This document shows, piece after piece, positions 62,022 through 64,000 of a DNA stretch of 64,000 nucleotides. Position 1 is the first letter of the stretch. Every line of letters starts with the position of its first letter. Under the pieces are notes generated by a model that worked only from the letters and a program-made list of their open reading frames with translations, did not search any database and was not told where the DNA came from. The stretch lies in NCBI GenBank assembly GCA_963933885.1, contig CAWVWF010000002.1:124-64123 (forward strand). Reading direction: 5' to 3'. Origin of the DNA: an uncultured Flavobacteriales bacterium. GTDB taxonomy: Bacteria > Bacteroidota > Bacteroidia > Flavobacteriales_C > GCA-002722245. Both the position numbers and the translations under genes were made by a program.

Positions 62022-62489
62022 TTACTTATTGTTTTTTACAAGTAATTCATATTCTGAATCAGGAATAAGGTTTTTACTTTCAGCAGCAGTTACTGCTAGT
62101 ACATCACACACCTCATTGTACTTGTTTCCTGCGTGTCCTTTAACCCAAGTGAACTTAACTTGGTGTTGCTTATATATTTTTAAGAAACGCTTCCATAGGT
62201 CAGGATTTTTCTTTCCTTTAAACCCTTTCTTTTCCCATCCAAAAACCCAACGCTTTTCAACAGAGTCAATCACATACTTTGAATCTGAGTAAACCATAAC
62301 TTCACAGCTGCGTTTCAATGATTCTAATCCAGTTATAACAGCAAGAAGTTCCATTCGGTTGTTAGTCGTTAAAACATAACCCTGCGAAAGGTTTTTCTGA
62401 AATCCGCCGGATAGTAAAACTACTCCATAACCACCGTTTCCAGGATTACCTTTTGCAGAACCATCAGTATATATGATTACCTTATCCAT
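62022..62489 (-). CDS. rnhA: ribonuclease HI
   Basis: 155 aa with RNase H catalytic residues in context (IYTDGSAKGNPGNGGYG..., VKGHAGN). Confidence 0.85.
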   Translation of the reverse strand: MDKVIIYTDGSAKGNPGNGGYGVVLLSGGFQKNLSQGYVLTTNNRMELLAVITGLESLKRSCEVMVYSDSKYVIDSVEKRWVFGWEKKGFKGKKNPDLWKRFLKIYKQHQVKFTWVKGHAGNKYNEVCDVLAVTAAESKNLIPDSEYELLVKNNK

Positions 62490-63069
62490 TAGATAAATAG
62501 GTTTTAATTACTTTTGCAAAATTCTTATGTTCTAGTTTTAAAACGCTGTCAGCGATCTCCTGAGGAGTATTACAGTTTTCTATGTTTACAGCTTCTTGAT
62601 AGATGAAATCACCTCTATCGTACTCTCCATCGATTGTGTGGATAGTAATACCAGATTCTTTTTCTTTAGCTTCAAATATAGCTTTATGAACATTCATCCC
62701 GTACATTCCTTTCCCTCCATAGTTTGGAAGTAAAGCAGGATGTATATTTAATATTTTGTTTGGAAACGCTTTTAATAGTGATTCAGGGATTAACCATAAA
62801 AAACCTGCTAGAATTACTAAATCTATTTCTTGATCAATTAATTGATTTACGACTTCATTTGATTCATAAAACGAATTACGGTTAATATGTAAAATTGGAA
62901 CGTTCCATGATTTCGCCTTTTCAATAATTCCGGCTTTTTCGTTATTAACGACAACTATTTTTATTTCAATATTGTCGTCATTTTGGAAGAATTCGTGGAT
63001 TTTTTGAGCATTTGAACCACCTCCAGATGCGAAAATTGCTAGTTTTTTCATGGTTTTCCTTTGATTCAA
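62482..63069 (-). CDS. purN: phosphoribosylglycinamide formyltransferase
   Basis: 195 aa with the PurN motifs (AIFASGGGSNAQ, NIHPALLP). Overlaps rnhA by 8 nt. Confidence 0.85.
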   Translation of the reverse strand: MNQRKTMKKLAIFASGGGSNAQKIHEFFQNDDNIEIKIVVVNNEKAGIIEKAKSWNVPILHINRNSFYESNEVVNQLIDQEIDLVILAGFLWLIPESLLKAFPNKILNIHPALLPNYGGKGMYGMNVHKAIFEAKEKESGITIHTIDGEYDRGDFIYQEAVNIENCNTPQEIADSVLKLEHKNFAKVIKTYLSNG

Positions 63070-63201
63070 AGATAAAATAACCTTTGAAACTAACCTATTT
63101 TAAGGGGTTTTATAAAAATGTTGATTACCAAGTGCTAGAATATTTGAATAATTATAAAGAAATGTTTTTCTTTGCACGATATAACTATAAAAATAAATAA
63201 C

Positions 63202-63438
63202 ATGTCTGATATCGCATCAAGAGTAAAAGCAATTATCATTGATAAATTAGGAGTTGATGAAAGTGAAGTAGCTGCAGAAGCTAGTTTTACAAATGACCTA
63301 GGGGCTGACTCTTTAGATACTGTAGAACTAATCATGGAATTCGAAAAGGAATTCAACATCGCAATTCCAGATGATCAAGCAGAAAAAATTGGAACTGTAC
63401 AAGAAGCAATTAGCTATATTGAAGAGAACGCTAAGTAA
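63202..63438 (+). CDS. acpP: acyl carrier protein
   Basis: Has the phosphopantetheine-attachment motif [12 protein letters not shown]. The start was set at MSDIASRVK; the ORF track extends 30 nt upstream. Confidence 0.9.
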   Translation: MSDIASRVKAIIIDKLGVDESEVAAEASFTNDLGADSLDTVELIMEFEKEFNIAIPDDQAEKIGTVQEAISYIEENAK

Positions 63439-63462
63439 TTAATTATTTTTTAAACCTTTTTC

Positions 63463-64000
63463 ATGGAGTTAAAGAGAGTTGTTGTCACGGGTCTAGGCGC
63501 GTTGACTCCCATAGGAAATAATCTCAAAGATTACTGGGAAGGTCTTAAAAATGGTGTTAGCGGGGCAGCTCGAATTACCTATTTTGATCCTGAACTGAAT
63601 AAAACGCAGTTTGCGTGTGAATTGAAAAATTTTAATATTGGTGATTTTCTAGATAGAAAAGAAGTCAAAAGAATGGATCGATTCAGTCAGTATGCTATGG
63701 TTGCTTCTGACGAAGCTATTTTAGATGCAGGATTAACTGAAGGAAATTTTAACCCAGACAGAATTGGTGTTATTTGGGGGTCTGGAATTGGAGGATTGGA
63801 AACTTTCCAAAATGAAGCTCAAGGTTTAATGAAATCTAGAGAAAATAAAACTCCTCCAAGATTTAACCCATTCTTTATTCCCAAAATGATTGTAGATATT
63901 GCCGCAGGTAATATTTCTATCAAACATGGTTTTAGAGGACCGAATTACGCTACTGTTTCAGCTTGTGCTTCTTCAAGTCACGCTATGATCGATGCATTCA
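63463..64000 (+). CDS. fabF: 3-oxoacyl-ACP synthase II (N-terminal part; continues beyond window end)
   Basis: Translation MELKRVVVTGLGALTPIGNN...ATVSACASSSHAMIDAF matches the KAS II N-terminus and active-site Cys region. There is no stop before the window end. Confidence 0.85.
   Translation, partial: MELKRVVVTGLGALTPIGNNLKDYWEGLKNGVSGAARITYFDPELNKTQFACELKNFNIGDFLDRKEVKRMDRFSQYAMVASDEAILDAGLTEGNFNPDRIGVIWGSGIGGLETFQNEAQGLMKSRENKTPPRFNPFFIPKMIVDIAAGNISIKHGFRGPNYATVSACASSSHAMIDAF

Noticed and set aside
63135-63359. 74-aa minus-strand ORF overlapping acpP
   Set aside because: Antisense to the acyl carrier protein gene. Ser-rich translation with no motif.
1-64000. Scan for CRISPR arrays, rRNA, tRNA, transposase or integrase genes
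   Set aside because: There are no regularly spaced direct repeats, no rRNA-like stretches, and no GTTCGA(A/T)TCC T-loop with CCA context. No ORF has transposase (DDE) or tyrosine-recombinase signatures. GGTTCGGGTT on the minus strand near 20110 lacks the rest of a tRNA cloverleaf.

Overview
This window is a 64 kb, AT-rich (about one-third GC) chromosomal stretch that reads as a Bacteroidota genome, most likely Flavobacteriia. The markers for that are SprA, a PorX-type response regulator, type IX secretion (T9SS) C-terminal-domain cargo proteins, the ArgF'-type transcarbamylase and a fused LpxC-FabZ. Gene density is high and most genes are housekeeping.

Main content:
- Lipid A operon: HD hydrolase, lpxD, lpxC/fabZ, lpxA and efp.
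- The maeB-ruvA-sprA gene string.
- argB and argF'.
- gcvH, pheS, ispG, rnhB, rnhA and purN.
- acpP followed by a partial fabF.
- hemD and hemE.
- thiL, ald and tsaE.
- A Wzx/Wzy-type polysaccharide locus: a glycosyltransferase, the Wzx flippase, two tandem Wzz-like genes and the Wzy polymerase.

I found no rRNA, tRNA, CRISPR array, transposase or integrase.

The most interesting unexplained content:
1. A tight four-gene operon encoding a CXXCH lipoprotein, a YceI protein, an OB-fold protein and a beta-barrel protein (51896-54045). A second YceI paralog is fused into an operon with DUF4271 and hemD.
2. Two paralogous all-alpha hypothetical proteins; one is translationally coupled to a cysteine desulfurase.
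3. A candidate structured small RNA or leader between gcvH and the next gene.
4. A T9SS/GEVED cargo gene broken by both a frameshift and a nonsense codon.

All calls rest on reading the translations and sequence by eye. No database searches were run.
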